Virus record (IMG/VR): IMGVR_UViG_3300037470_000488
DNA from: an uncultured virus (IMG/VR IMGVR_UViG_3300037470_000488)
Taxonomy: Duplodnaviria; Heunggongvirae; Uroviricota; Caudoviricetes
DNA: 64,000 nt
Strand: one strand, 5' to 3'
The translations under genes were made by a program, and so were the position numbers. This document shows, piece after piece, positions 26,315-35,778 of the stretch; positions within the stretch are counted from its first letter, which is position 1, and every line of letters starts with the position of its first letter. Under the pieces are notes generated by a model that made no database searches, was not told the DNA's origin, and saw only the letters and a list, made by a program, of their open reading frames with translations.

Positions 26315-26728
26315 CTACGCCGCGGTCGCGGGTAGGGGTGTAGCGGCGATCGGTTCCTCGCGCACGTCACGGATCCACGAGATCCCGCAGCCCAGGCACA
26401 GTTCGTGCGGATCGTCGTACACCAACGCGGTACCCAGGCAGAGCGGGCACTTCGCGCGGGTGCGGACCCGGCGTAGCTGGTTGCGCTGATAGGTGGTCGT
26501 GCCACCCCAATACCCTTCCGCTCCATGGAGCCTGGCCCAGGCGAGACAGGTCGTGCGGACAGGGCAGGTACGGCACCACTGCTGTGCGACGTTCACGCCC
26601 TCCTCGGTCTCGGCATCAGGGACGAAGTCGAAGTCAGCGGTGGCGCAGGGCGCGCCGGTCTGCCATTCGGTGCCCTCAGCACTGACGGCGTCAAGGACGC
26701 GCTTCTCGATCACAGCTTCCCCATCCAT
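26315..26728 (-). CDS. whiB: WhiB-family regulator with C-terminal Zn ribbon
   Basis: WQTGAPC...CRTCPVRTTC...GYWGG, then CPLC..CLGC. Confidence 0.8.
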   Translation of the reverse strand: MDGEAVIEKRVLDAVSAEGTEWQTGAPCATADFDFVPDAETEEGVNVAQQWCRTCPVRTTCLAWARLHGAEGYWGGTTTYQRNQLRRVRTRAKCPLCLGTALVYDDPHELCLGCGISWIRDVREEPIAATPLPATAA

Positions 26729-26943
26729 GCGGGATCTCCACGCCCGGACCGTGTACAGACTGGGCAGATGCCGCGCCACATGCCCGGCCTGTCCGGATCG
26801 GGAATCGCGGAAGATTTTCCGTCGCGGTCCTTCCACTCGTGGCCGCCGGACTCCCTGCCGCACAACGTGCACGGAAGCCAGAAGTACCCAAACGTGCCTG
26901 CGTACCAGCGGTGCAGGAACCGGGGCAACACACTGATCTTCAC
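26710..26943 (-). CDS. Small Cys-motif protein
   Basis: GAGGAG RBS, GTG start; FWLPCTLCG and CPVC. Confidence 0.5.
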   Translation of the reverse strand: MKISVLPRFLHRWYAGTFGYFWLPCTLCGRESGGHEWKDRDGKSSAIPDPDRPGMWRGICPVCTRSGRGDPAWMGKL

Positions 26944-26953
26944 GGCTCGCTCC

Positions 26954-27205
26954 TCAGGGGCATGGGGTGTTGTCGGCGACGGACCACACGATCGTGTCCG
27001 CGAGGCACTTCCTGATTCGGCCGGCCCGGTGGAGGCGTTGGCATGAGAGTTGGATGGTGGATCGGTCGAGGCCGGTTGCCTGGGCGAGGGCGCTTCGGGT
27101 GCCGGTGCCGTCGGCGATGAGTCGGTAGACGTGTTCGTCGCGGGCTGCGACTTCGGGGCTGCGGGGTCGTCCGGGGCGTCCTGTGTGGTGAGCGGTCTGC
27201 TGCAT
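26954..27205 (-). CDS. Small winged-HTH protein
   Basis: TRSALAQATGLDRSTIQLSCQRLHRAGRI. Confidence 0.6.
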   Translation of the reverse strand: MQQTAHHTGRPGRPRSPEVAARDEHVYRLIADGTGTRSALAQATGLDRSTIQLSCQRLHRAGRIRKCLADTIVWSVADNTPCP

Positions 27206-27356
27206 GCGCGTCTCGCATTCACTTGGCCGGTTTACTGAATACCATTATGCAGAGGGGTGCAAGTCAGCCACTGGCCGGAATGTGCCACACGAGCATTGTG
27301 TGACACTCCAGTTCGAACGGCCCACACCACCAGGGCCCGCACCACGGAGGCCCCCC

Positions 27357-27638
27357 ATGGACCTGCTCATCTACCTCGGCGCCGGAGCTGCCGCACTCAT
27401 CGCCATCGGCGCACTCGCCCGAGGCATCTGGCGCATCAACCGCCGCATCGTCGTCATCGTCAACGCAGTCAAAGAACTCGCCCCCAACGGCGGCCGCTCC
27501 ATCAAAGACACCGTGACGCGCACCGAACGAAAACTCGACGAAACCGCCTGCAAAGTCGATGCGACCACCGAAGGACTGCGCCAGTTGAGAGAACAGTTTG
27601 ATGCGCACATCGCCGACGGTTCCGGGGGCGGGAACTGA
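27357..27638 (+). CDS. Small membrane protein with coiled coil (possible lysis accessory)
   Basis: GGAGG RBS; N-terminal TM, PNGGRSIKD motif. Confidence 0.6.
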   Translation: MDLLIYLGAGAAALIAIGALARGIWRINRRIVVIVNAVKELAPNGGRSIKDTVTRTERKLDETACKVDATTEGLRQLREQFDAHIADGSGGGN

Positions 27639-27651
27639 CGGCACGTGTGAC

Positions 27652-29079
27652 TCATTCCGGTCCGGACTCGATCGTCACTGCGCTCGCCGGCGCCCAGTAG
27701 CCGGTGAGTCCGCCGGCGGTGATCTGGAACATTGGTCGGCCGTTGACGATGGCCCGCCGGTCCGCAGGCGCGTTCGATGGGCTGGCGAAGGCGACGGTTT
27801 TCACGCTGGTGATGGTGCCGTCCGTGGCGACCTTGTACGTGTCGACGGGGACGCTGCCGCCGGGGAATGTGACGGTGCGGTCCGGCCGGTAGAGGGTGGC
27901 GAGGTGTATGCCGCGCAGGTAGGCCCGCGACCAGGACTCTCCGACCCACCAGCCGGTGTAGGCGCCGGCGCTGATGAGGTAGTAGATGCCGCGGTCCTGG
28001 ATGCGGCGCCGCATGGATGCGGGCGCGGCTGTGTCCTGCGAGAAGCTGACGGTCTTCTGTTCCAGCAGCGCATCGCCTTTGGCCGACGACCACGCCCCGG
28101 AGGCCGCGGTGTCGAAGCGGTACAGGGTGTGGCTGCCGGACTCGAACGCGATCGTGCCGCTGACCCCGGGGACCGGGTAGTCGTCTACGAGCCGGTCCGT
28201 CATGTCCGCGAAGTCGGGGCTGCCGGTCTGCCAGTGCAGCTGGCGGAACAGGTTGATGTGGTGCTGGTGGTAGGTGGGGGCGGGGATCCGGTGCGTCTGG
28301 CAGTAGAAGCTGTGCCAGCGCACGTTCCGCAGCAGCGGGAAGTAGCGGGCGATCGTTGTCGCGCACCCGTCGTACAGGTCGGCCGCCGTCTGACTGCCGG
28401 TGGCGCACGCGTAGTCGTACAGCCCGAACATGGCGAAGATCATGCCGTTGTACGTGTAGTCCCCGGTGCCGGGCTGCCCGCCGGGGTACTCCTGGATCCA
28501 GACGTAGCCGTCGCTGTCGATGTTGACGGCCCACGGATAGCAGTCGTCCGCCACGAGCAGGGACGCGAACGCCGCGTCGGCGGCATCGCCGTACCGGGCC
28601 CGGTCGGTGTCGCTCACCGCGTCCAGCTCGGCCAGCTGCACGAACAGGGAGAGCACCTCGCCCTGCGCCATGCCGGAGTACCAGGGCGCCGTGTAGTCGA
28701 CTCCGCTGTGGACGGTGTGGGTGAAGTCGAAGCCGTAGCCGAACCACCAGGCGCCGCGGTCCTCGGTGTGCCGGTCGATGAGCCGCTCCGCCTGCGCGCG
28801 GGCCCGCGTGAGGAAGAGCGTCTTGCGGGCGGGGTCGGTTTCGGTGCGGTAGCTGGCGATGCAGCCCAACCCGAACTGGGCCTGCCCGACCGGATGGTCG
28901 AAACCGACGGTCCCGCCGTCGGGGTAGTACAGGTACTCGCCCGCTGCGTTGAGGTGATACGGGCCGGTCGTGGGCGACACGTTCGCCCAGGCGGTGGGCC
29001 GGTCACGCCAGGGCCGCATGCTGTCGGGGAGGTCGGTGGCGAGCTGGTAGCCGGTTTGGTTGTACAGGGGGAGTGCCAT
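27652..29079 (-). CDS. D-glucuronyl C5-epimerase-like (alpha/alpha toroid) protein
   Basis: PWYSGMAQG, WIQEYP, YNGMIFAMFGLYDY, YHQHHI; start MALPLYN inferred. Confidence 0.7.
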   Translation of the reverse strand: MALPLYNQTGYQLATDLPDSMRPWRDRPTAWANVSPTTGPYHLNAAGEYLYYPDGGTVGFDHPVGQAQFGLGCIASYRTETDPARKTLFLTRARAQAERLIDRHTEDRGAWWFGYGFDFTHTVHSGVDYTAPWYSGMAQGEVLSLFVQLAELDAVSDTDRARYGDAADAAFASLLVADDCYPWAVNIDSDGYVWIQEYPGGQPGTGDYTYNGMIFAMFGLYDYACATGSQTAADLYDGCATTIARYFPLLRNVRWHSFYCQTHRIPAPTYHQHHINLFRQLHWQTGSPDFADMTDRLVDDYPVPGVSGTIAFESGSHTLYRFDTAASGAWSSAKGDALLEQKTVSFSQDTAAPASMRRRIQDRGIYYLISAGAYTGWWVGESWSRAYLRGIHLATLYRPDRTVTFPGGSVPVDTYKVATDGTITSVKTVAFASPSNAPADRRAIVNGRPMFQITAGGLTGYWAPASAVTIESGPE

Positions 29080-29223
29080 ACCGCCAGTGTGTACGAAACG
29101 GCAAAGTCGGCGTGGACCATGCACCGATATGGACAAGGCGACGGGACCTGGACGGCACTACGCCGCGACACCCATCTCCGCCCGCCGCGCCTCCCGGCTC
29201 CCCACGGGAGGCACGCGGCTGCC

Positions 29224-29958
29224 CTACTCAGGCAAGAATCGGTTGATCGTGGACCGGGACACACTGGTGATCTGCTGTACCTGCGTCCGCTTCACGCTCG
29301 CCTTCTGTACGGCCCAGGTGATCAGCGGGTCACGCAGGTCTCGGGCTACGGCCCACGCGGCGAGCAGCTCCCGGGCCATCACCTGCGCGGTGCTGACTCC
29401 GCTGACGCCGTACAAGGCCGGCTGCTCCCATGCGGGATGGATCGGGTGTGCCGTCACGTCCGGGGCCGCGGCGAGCAGGGCCAGGAGACGTGCAGCCAGC
29501 TCGGTGCGCCAGCGCGCAGTGACGAGCCGGGCCAGCGGCAGCCCCGCCCACTCAAGGGCGTCGCTGCGCTTGGCCTGGGACACCTCGTCTTCGGTGGCGA
29601 GGGCGAGGAGGTCGTCGCGGACGTAGTCCTCTGGCGGCCACCCGTTGGCGTCGGCCTCCATGGCCGCCGCGGTCAGCGTGACCAGGCGTGTCATCTGCGC
29701 ACGCGCGTCAGCTACCGCGGCCAGCCTCACCAGGGCCTGACCCCAGGGCTCGATCTCCTCGGCGACGGCGCGGGCCCGGTCGTTGGCCTGCGACTGGGGC
29801 ACTTCCAGCTTGCAGAGGGCGAGCGGCCGGGTGCCGTCCATGAGGTCGAGGAGGACGCCGTGTGCCTGCCAGGTGCCGTGGTCCTCGGCCCACTTCTGCA
29901 TGCCGGTGTGCTGGATGACGTAGAGGCCGGTATCGCGGGCCTCGGTGGTGATGTCCAT
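29224..29958 (-). CDS. Hypothetical protein with C-terminal HTH
   Basis: VKRTQVQQITSVSRSTINRF. Confidence 0.6.
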   Translation of the reverse strand: MDITTEARDTGLYVIQHTGMQKWAEDHGTWQAHGVLLDLMDGTRPLALCKLEVPQSQANDRARAVAEEIEPWGQALVRLAAVADARAQMTRLVTLTAAAMEADANGWPPEDYVRDDLLALATEDEVSQAKRSDALEWAGLPLARLVTARWRTELAARLLALLAAAPDVTAHPIHPAWEQPALYGVSGVSTAQVMARELLAAWAVARDLRDPLITWAVQKASVKRTQVQQITSVSRSTINRFLPE

Positions 29959-29981
29959 GGCGGGCTTCTTCCTGGTTGTGG

Positions 29982-30476
29982 TCAGGCGGAGAGCTGGGCG
30001 TGGATCTGCTCGGCCAGGTCGAGGACGTCGGAGACGGTGACCTGCGGGACCTCGCCGCGATAGGTGGTGCGGAACTGGCCGGCGTTGCGGGCGTTGGGCT
30101 CCTGGTCCCAGCCCTCGTCGGGGGTGTCGCAGATGACGATGCTGACCCTGTCGAGGACGGTGGCGGCGTGGGCGCGGTCGCCAGCGTCCGGGATGCGGTC
30201 CAGCTTGTCGGCCAGGAGTGCGGACAGGATGGTGACGCGGGTGATGGTCTCGCCGGAGGGGCGGGTGCGGGTCTTGATGGTGGCGGTGGAGAGGTCGAGC
30301 ACGGCGGCCTTCTTCCTGGAGCGCATGGCACCGATGGTGAGGCGGTGAGCGAGGGAGGCGGTGTCGATGATCCAGCGGCCGGCCTGCTTGACGGCGGCGA
30401 TGATGCCGCGGCGGCACCAGGTGCGGATGGTGGCGGTGGTGACGTTGGCCTGGATGGCTGCGGCGGTGGTGTTCAT
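29982..30476 (-). CDS. MerR/Xis-like HTH protein
   Basis: MNTTAAAIQANVTTATIRTWCRRGIIAAVKQAGRWII. Confidence 0.7.
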   Translation of the reverse strand: MNTTAAAIQANVTTATIRTWCRRGIIAAVKQAGRWIIDTASLAHRLTIGAMRSRKKAAVLDLSTATIKTRTRPSGETITRVTILSALLADKLDRIPDAGDRAHAATVLDRVSIVICDTPDEGWDQEPNARNAGQFRTTYRGEVPQVTVSDVLDLAEQIHAQLSA

Positions 30477-30793
30477 CGGATCCCCCTGTATCGAATAGTT
30501 CGACTCTAGCGTATCGAACGATACGAAGGCAAGGGGGTAGGGCATGCCACCTTGCCACCAGCGGCAAAGCAATAAATACCGGCAGCTCAAGACCACCTGC
30601 CGCTCCCCGCAGACCGGCCACCACCCACGGAAACCCACACGGCCCCGCCCCCACACAGGGGCGGGTCCGCTTCGTCATGTCCGGGGTCAGGCAACGAGCA
30701 ACTATGGCCCCCCTGCCATTGACAACCTATGGTGGGGATGCCATAGTTGTCCTATCGGAGGGCGAGGCGCCCTCCCGAACCAAGGGGGACCCC

Positions 30794-31306
30794 ATGCGAC
30801 CGATCACCGGCACCGACATCATCGACTTCTACAACACCCGCTACGACCTGCTGATCCTCACCGCCGAAGGCGAGTTCGATCACATCGACTACAGCAACGT
30901 CGAGAGCAGCCCCTACGAGGACAACCGCGCGACCGCCTACGACTACGTGACCCTCGACAACGACACCGAAGTGCAGGTCCTGCTGGAGCGGTCGGCCATC
31001 GACGAGGGCGAATGGTTCCCCGACGCCCTGAGCGACGACGGCGACCTGACCCCCCGCGCCGCCGACGAGATGGCCGCCATCATCAACATGGACGGGATCC
31101 TTCCCAGCCGCGCGACGAAGGCAGTCGAGGCGAGCAAGCAGTGGAAAGCCGCCGAGCAGGAGACCAACCGACTGGCCATCGAGAGGGCGAAGGCCGTGGC
31201 CGAGGTCGTGGCGTACTGCGGGGGCAACCAGTCGCGGGCTGCGGGCGCCTTGGGGCTGGATCAGTCCACGGTGAACAAGCTGGTGAAGAAGGTCAAGTCC
31301 GCCTGA
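30794..31306 (+). CDS. Acidic protein with C-terminal HTH
   Basis: GGNQSRAAGALGLDQSTVNKLV; TTGACA-17-CATAGT promoter at 30719-30747. Confidence 0.7.
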   Translation: MRPITGTDIIDFYNTRYDLLILTAEGEFDHIDYSNVESSPYEDNRATAYDYVTLDNDTEVQVLLERSAIDEGEWFPDALSDDGDLTPRAADEMAAIINMDGILPSRATKAVEASKQWKAAEQETNRLAIERAKAVAEVVAYCGGNQSRAAGALGLDQSTVNKLVKKVKSA

Positions 31307-31348
31307 TGCCACGCCCTGAGCCCCGCCATCGTGCGGGGCTTCGGCACG

Positions 31349-31537
31349 TCACGCCGCGTCGGCGACCGCAGCCTCAGCCCGTACCGCCGCCGCCCACTCC
31401 ACCACCAACGCCGCATACACCGCCCGCTCCCCGGCCGTCGACGGCCTGCCACCCGCCCGCAGCCAAAGGGCACGAATCTCGGCGTTCACGCAGGCAGCAG
31501 ACCGCACGGAACCACAGACGGGAATGGAGGGGGGCAT
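31349..31537 (-). CDS. Small hypothetical protein downstream of integrase
   Basis: 62-aa ORF, RSAACVNAEIRALW. Confidence 0.45.
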   Translation of the reverse strand: MPPSIPVCGSVRSAACVNAEIRALWLRAGGRPSTAGERAVYAALVVEWAAAVRAEAAVADAA

Positions 31538-31555
31538 GCAGACATCCTACGGCGA

Positions 31556-32449
31556 TCAAAGATCACCCAAATTCAGCCCCCGCGCCTCATCAGCAGCACG
31601 CTTCGCCGCAGTCGCCCGCGTATACCGATCAATCATGTCCCGCCGCGACCACCCAGCCACCGCCATCAACCCCCCCTCCGACCCACCCCGCTGAAGCCAC
31701 CTCCCAGCCGCCGTATGCCGCAGAACATGCGGATGAAAATCAGGGATGCCAGCCAGGAAAGCGCGCCGCACGAGACTGTCGTACAGGCCCGAATAGCCGA
31801 TGGTCTTACCCCGGTCCCCGAGCCACAGATCCGGAGTGGAAGCAAGCCGGTGGGCCCGACGCAGACGCAGGTACCGGTCGACCGCACGACACGTCTGCGG
31901 GCCGACCGGAATGGTGCGCCCCTTTCCTCCCTTGCCGCGGCGCACGATCGCGGTGCCGGCGGACAAGTCGATGTCGTCGGTCGCCATCGCGACGACTTCG
32001 CCGATCCTCGCCCCCGTCTCCAGCATCAGGCGGATGATCGCTTCGTCGCGGCGTTCCCAGAAGTCTTTGCCGGCGCACGCCTTGATCAACGCGCGGAGCT
32101 GGTCGTCGGATAGTTCAGGGATAATTTTGCTATCAAGCTTGGGCGGTTTCAGGCCCACCAGCGAGTCGCTGTCGAGTTCTCCCTCCTCGGTCAGCCATGC
32201 GGAGAACCGGCGCAGGGACAACTGCCGGGAGCGGGCTGTGGCAGCCTCTGCGCCCTCGTCGAGGAGGTCGGCGATGAAGGCGTTCACTACGGCTCGTGTG
32301 AGGTCAGGGGCGCGGTCGGTGCGCTCGCACCAGGCGATGAAGCGTTTGATGCCGTCGGTGTACGTCTTCACGGTCTGCGGGCTTTTGCGTTCGGCGCGTA
32401 GGTGGAGGGTCCAGGAGTCGAGGAGGCCGCGCATGTCGTCGGTGGTCAT
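31556..32449 (-). CDS. int: Tyrosine integrase
   Basis: SAM-like N-terminus (KSPQTVKTY), catalytic TGARIGE, GKGGKGR, HVLRHT, GWS...RY. Confidence 0.93.
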   Translation of the reverse strand: MTTDDMRGLLDSWTLHLRAERKSPQTVKTYTDGIKRFIAWCERTDRAPDLTRAVVNAFIADLLDEGAEAATARSRQLSLRRFSAWLTEEGELDSDSLVGLKPPKLDSKIIPELSDDQLRALIKACAGKDFWERRDEAIIRLMLETGARIGEVVAMATDDIDLSAGTAIVRRGKGGKGRTIPVGPQTCRAVDRYLRLRRAHRLASTPDLWLGDRGKTIGYSGLYDSLVRRAFLAGIPDFHPHVLRHTAAGRWLQRGGSEGGLMAVAGWSRRDMIDRYTRATAAKRAADEARGLNLGDL

Positions 32450-32566
32450 GGCCGCCCCCTGCGCATGATCTTCCGTGTGGTATTTCCACTGGGAGCGCCA
32501 TGCTTCGGACAGCAAAGCGCCCCCGACCGTGTTTGTAAAGGTCAGGGGCACTTTCCGTGCTGCTGA

Positions 32567-32586
32567 TCAGTCGAGGTAGTCGCGCA
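32567..32586 (-). other. Putative attP core matching the 3' end of a principal sigma factor gene (..RDYLD*)
   Basis: Minus strand TG CGC GAC TAC CTC GAC TGA next to int, flanked by CGCCATGCTT repeats. Confidence 0.65.
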
Positions 32587-32628
32587 CTACACCTCTCCCA
32601 ACGCCATGCTTTACCTGGAAAGATGAGG

Positions 32629-32871
32629 TCACACGCTACCGCCATGCTTTGCAATACCCTCGACTGAACTCATCCGTAGATCATCCGCCGTACACACCTC
32701 CAGCACGTCCGGGCAGCCATCGGCAATCAGTCCGATCACTCGGACCGCGTCTGCCTCGCTGATCTGCGCCGGGTCGTACGACGCGTACAGGCCGCAGTTG
32801 CCGGGGTGAAGCGCGACAGCTGTGCCGGGCGTATGTTCGCGCGCCTCAAGGCTGAGTGTCAGCGCGCCCAT
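32629..32871 (-). CDS. Hypothetical protein
   Basis: AAGGGG RBS, between repressor and attP. Confidence 0.5.
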   Translation of the reverse strand: MGALTLSLEAREHTPGTAVALHPGNCGLYASYDPAQISEADAVRVIGLIADGCPDVLEVCTADDLRMSSVEGIAKHGGSV

Positions 32872-33033
32872 TTGTCCCCCTTGTCTCGTGTGTGCTGGCC
32901 GCACAACGTCCGAAAGGACCGCACGCACGTCCGTCGTCGAGCCAGAAACTGTACGCCGCACCGTCCGCAACAGAACCCGCAATGCATAAATGCATGCCCT
33001 TTCAACACGTATCGGCTGTATTTAAACAAACGG

Positions 33034-33402
33034 TCAGCGCGAGTCGCCCTCCCCATCATCCCGCGCGCGCTCGGCCTGCCGCTGCACCGCATCCTCGTCC
33101 GGAGCACTGGTCCCGGGCGCCGTGAGCGCGATCCCTTCGCCGGTCTGGGTGACGACCAGGCCGAGGAACTGGTAAGCCGCCGCGGCCTGTACCGGGGCGA
33201 CAGGGAGGCGTAGGCCGGCTGCGATGGCCCGGATGAGGGGCGGGTCGATGTGTACGGTCTTGCCGTTGGCGATCTTCCATAGGACTCCTCTGCTGGGCCG
33301 GTATCCGGTGCGTTCGTCGATGGCCTGCTCTTCGAACTTGGCGTAGGTGAGTGGCCTGCCTGCGCCGACGCGTTCGGCGACGAGGTCGGTGAGGGTCTGC
33401 AT
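33034..33402 (-). CDS. Putative immunity repressor (XRE-like)
   Basis: GAGGA RBS; IDERTGYRPSRGVLWKIANG..LIRAIAAGLRLP; divergent from Cro-like gene. Confidence 0.7.
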   Translation of the reverse strand: MQTLTDLVAERVGAGRPLTYAKFEEQAIDERTGYRPSRGVLWKIANGKTVHIDPPLIRAIAAGLRLPVAPVQAAAAYQFLGLVVTQTGEGIALTAPGTSAPDEDAVQRQAERARDDGEGDSR

Positions 33403-33643
33403 GGTGGTGTCCTCGCTTGTGGGGGGTTGGCGGGTTGATCGACATAGGGGGCGAACCTGCGCCCGAGTCAGCGTCATTGTCCACGTTCAAGAACACTCAC
33501 GCGCCCTGGGCCTCGAATGTTCAAGCCGAACGTTACGGAAAACGGGGACAGCATCGGGTGATTCCCGCACAGCACTGGACAGCAGAGCAACGCCATGCTT
33601 AGCTTGTTCATGTTCACGAACGTGGACGCCACGGGAGGAACTG

Positions 33644-33925
33644 GTGCCCGACACCGAACCCATCTACCGCCTCACAAACGCCCCACTCCTGAAACGGCTC
33701 ATGCGAGGCCCGACCGAAAACGGCCGCCGCCACACAGCGCGCAGCCTCGCCGACGCCACCGGCATCAGCAAAAGCAAAATCTGGCACATGATCCACGGAC
33801 GACAGCCCAAGCTCCCCCGGAGCAAAATGCACGCCGTCCTCAACGAAGTCGACGCCGAACAGGGCTGGCTTTTCACACCCATCACATACACGTTCAAGAA
33901 CGCGAACACGGAGGAAGAGAGATGA
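33644..33925 (+). CDS. Cro-like HTH protein
   Basis: GGAGG RBS; TARSLADATGISKSKIWHMIHG. Confidence 0.75.
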   Translation: MPDTEPIYRLTNAPLLKRLMRGPTENGRRHTARSLADATGISKSKIWHMIHGRQPKLPRSKMHAVLNEVDAEQGWLFTPITYTFKNANTEEER

Positions 33926-34179
33926 ACGCCGAGGAACGCCGGCTCCGCGCCCAGCTCGGCGCGGAGATGAGCTGGGCGAAAACCCCCGACCGCACCGCCC
34001 GCACCGCACCCGGCAGCCGCGCCGCCGAAGCCCGCTTCGAGACGCAGGCCCGCGAGATGCACCCGGACGCCGGCGACGAGTTCATTGCGAAGGTCGCCGA
34101 GAACCTGCGGCGGGCGCACTTCAGGCGCATGGGGCTGGAGTCGGCGCGTAAGCGCCGGGAGCGCATGTCGGCCGCCTGA
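33922..34179 (+). CDS. Hypothetical protein
   Basis: ATGA overlap; SWAKTPDRTARTAP. Confidence 0.65.
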   Translation: MNAEERRLRAQLGAEMSWAKTPDRTARTAPGSRAAEARFETQAREMHPDAGDEFIAKVAENLRRAHFRRMGLESARKRRERMSAA

Positions 34180-34259
34180 CCAAAAGAAGCGGGGCCGCCC
34201 CGGACACGACCCGGATGCGACCCCAGACCCACTGAAGCACGAAGCAAGGAGTGGACCTC

Positions 34260-34661
34260 ATGAACAAGCCTACCGGCCTTCCCGGCACCAGCGTCCCTGT
34301 GATGACGCTGCCGAAGGCCCCCCTCCCGGACGCGGCGATGGCCCGCGCTCTGGCCAAGCAGAAGAACGCCCGCACAGTCGACTACCTGATCGACGGCGCG
34401 AACCTTCCGGCGCCGGTGCGGATTCCGCGGCCGGAGTCGGTGCACGTGATGGTCGCGGACGTCGACGACCTCGGCGAGTGGCTGCGGGAGCTGGGCGGCG
34501 AAATCCATGTCAGTCCGGAGTTTGAGGGTGTGGAGTTGTGGACGCTGCATGCGTCGACGGAGCCGCGTGAGGACGGCAGCAGCACCGCGGTGTTGGTGTC
34601 GGTGCCGGTCCCGTCGGGCGAGCTGGTCATGGAGTGGATCCGCGCGGCGGTGGCCCGATGA
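34260..34661 (+). CDS. Hypothetical protein
   Basis: AAGGAG RBS, early operon. Confidence 0.6.
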   Translation: MNKPTGLPGTSVPVMTLPKAPLPDAAMARALAKQKNARTVDYLIDGANLPAPVRIPRPESVHVMVADVDDLGEWLRELGGEIHVSPEFEGVELWTLHASTEPREDGSSTAVLVSVPVPSGELVMEWIRAAVAR

Positions 34662-35470
34662 GCGCCCCGAAGCTGGTGGAGCCCTACGGCTGCGGTCGCT
34701 GCGGGATTCCGCTGCCGCACGGTCAGCAGACTGGTCCGGGTGGCCTGCACGGCTGGGAGCGGCCGTCGGATGTGCAGATCTTGGCGCGGATGAAGGCGCG
34801 TCGTTTGGCGCGGGTGGTAGCCCGGCAGGGTGCGCTGCCGGTGCCGGTGGCGTCCGTGCCTGGGCTCCTGCCCGAGGACCTGGCCACGATCGCCGCCTTG
34901 ATCGGCGGCGCGAAGCCGGCTGTTCCGGGGCTGCTGGTTCAGCTCGGCGAGTCGGTGCGCGATGTCCGGGCGCACGACCATTCCACGCAGTGCGAGGACT
35001 GGTACTGCCTGAACTTGACGTCGTTCATGGGTGAGCGGATGGGGCCGGTGCTGCGCCGTCTGGTGGACGCGGAGGCCCGTGTCGCTGAGTTGGAGGCGCA
35101 GCGTGAGCGGCGTCGGGTCCGGCTGGTGGCGCTTCAGAACGACGCGTTGAGCATGCGGGGTTCGCTGTCACCGATGGGCGAGGACCGTAAGGTGCCGTTC
35201 CCTCTCGGGGAGACGCTCACTCCGGCGGTCGAGTGGCTGATTGGTCGGGTCGCCGAGTTGGAGGCCGAGCGGCACGAGACGAACGAGTCGCTGTCGCTGG
35301 CGGCGGAGTCGTTGCGGGAGAACCGGGACCGGATCGCCGAGTTGGAGGCGTTGGAGCCTGCCGCGATCCAGATTTGCCGGAAGTGCGGTGCGGGTTACAC
35401 GTACAGAGAGCCGTGCTCGGTGTGCACCTTCAAGGCACGGATGGCCGCCGAGTTGGGCGGTCAACGGTGA
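34658..35470 (+). CDS. Hypothetical coiled-coil protein
   Basis: ATGA overlap; RVAELEA repeats, CxxC motifs. Confidence 0.6.
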   Translation: MSAPKLVEPYGCGRCGIPLPHGQQTGPGGLHGWERPSDVQILARMKARRLARVVARQGALPVPVASVPGLLPEDLATIAALIGGAKPAVPGLLVQLGESVRDVRAHDHSTQCEDWYCLNLTSFMGERMGPVLRRLVDAEARVAELEAQRERRRVRLVALQNDALSMRGSLSPMGEDRKVPFPLGETLTPAVEWLIGRVAELEAERHETNESLSLAAESLRENRDRIAELEALEPAAIQICRKCGAGYTYREPCSVCTFKARMAAELGGQR

Positions 35471-35778
35471 GCGCCGTGTCGCCGTTCGAGTGGGTGGCTG
35501 CCGGGTCTGTCGGCCTGTCGGCGATCAGCCTGATCGGTCTGGCGCTCGCGTTCGTTGACGCGGATCTCGCGGACTTCGACCTGCGGCCGGCTGTGCGCCG
35601 GGCGGTGGAGTCGGGGCGTCTGGACTGGCTGCTGATCGGGATCGCCGCCGCCCGGTTTGACGCCCGCGAGTTGGCCGCTGACGCCCGCGCCTTCGCCCGC
35701 CTGTCCTTGCGTGAGGCCGCCCTGACGGTGGCCGCGCTGTACGCCCTTCTCACGATCACTCCGGGAGACGCCCGATGA
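35467..35778 (+). CDS. Hypothetical membrane protein
   Basis: GTGA overlap. Confidence 0.5.
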   Translation: MSAVSPFEWVAAGSVGLSAISLIGLALAFVDADLADFDLRPAVRRAVESGRLDWLLIGIAAARFDARELAADARAFARLSLREAALTVAALYALLTITPGDAR

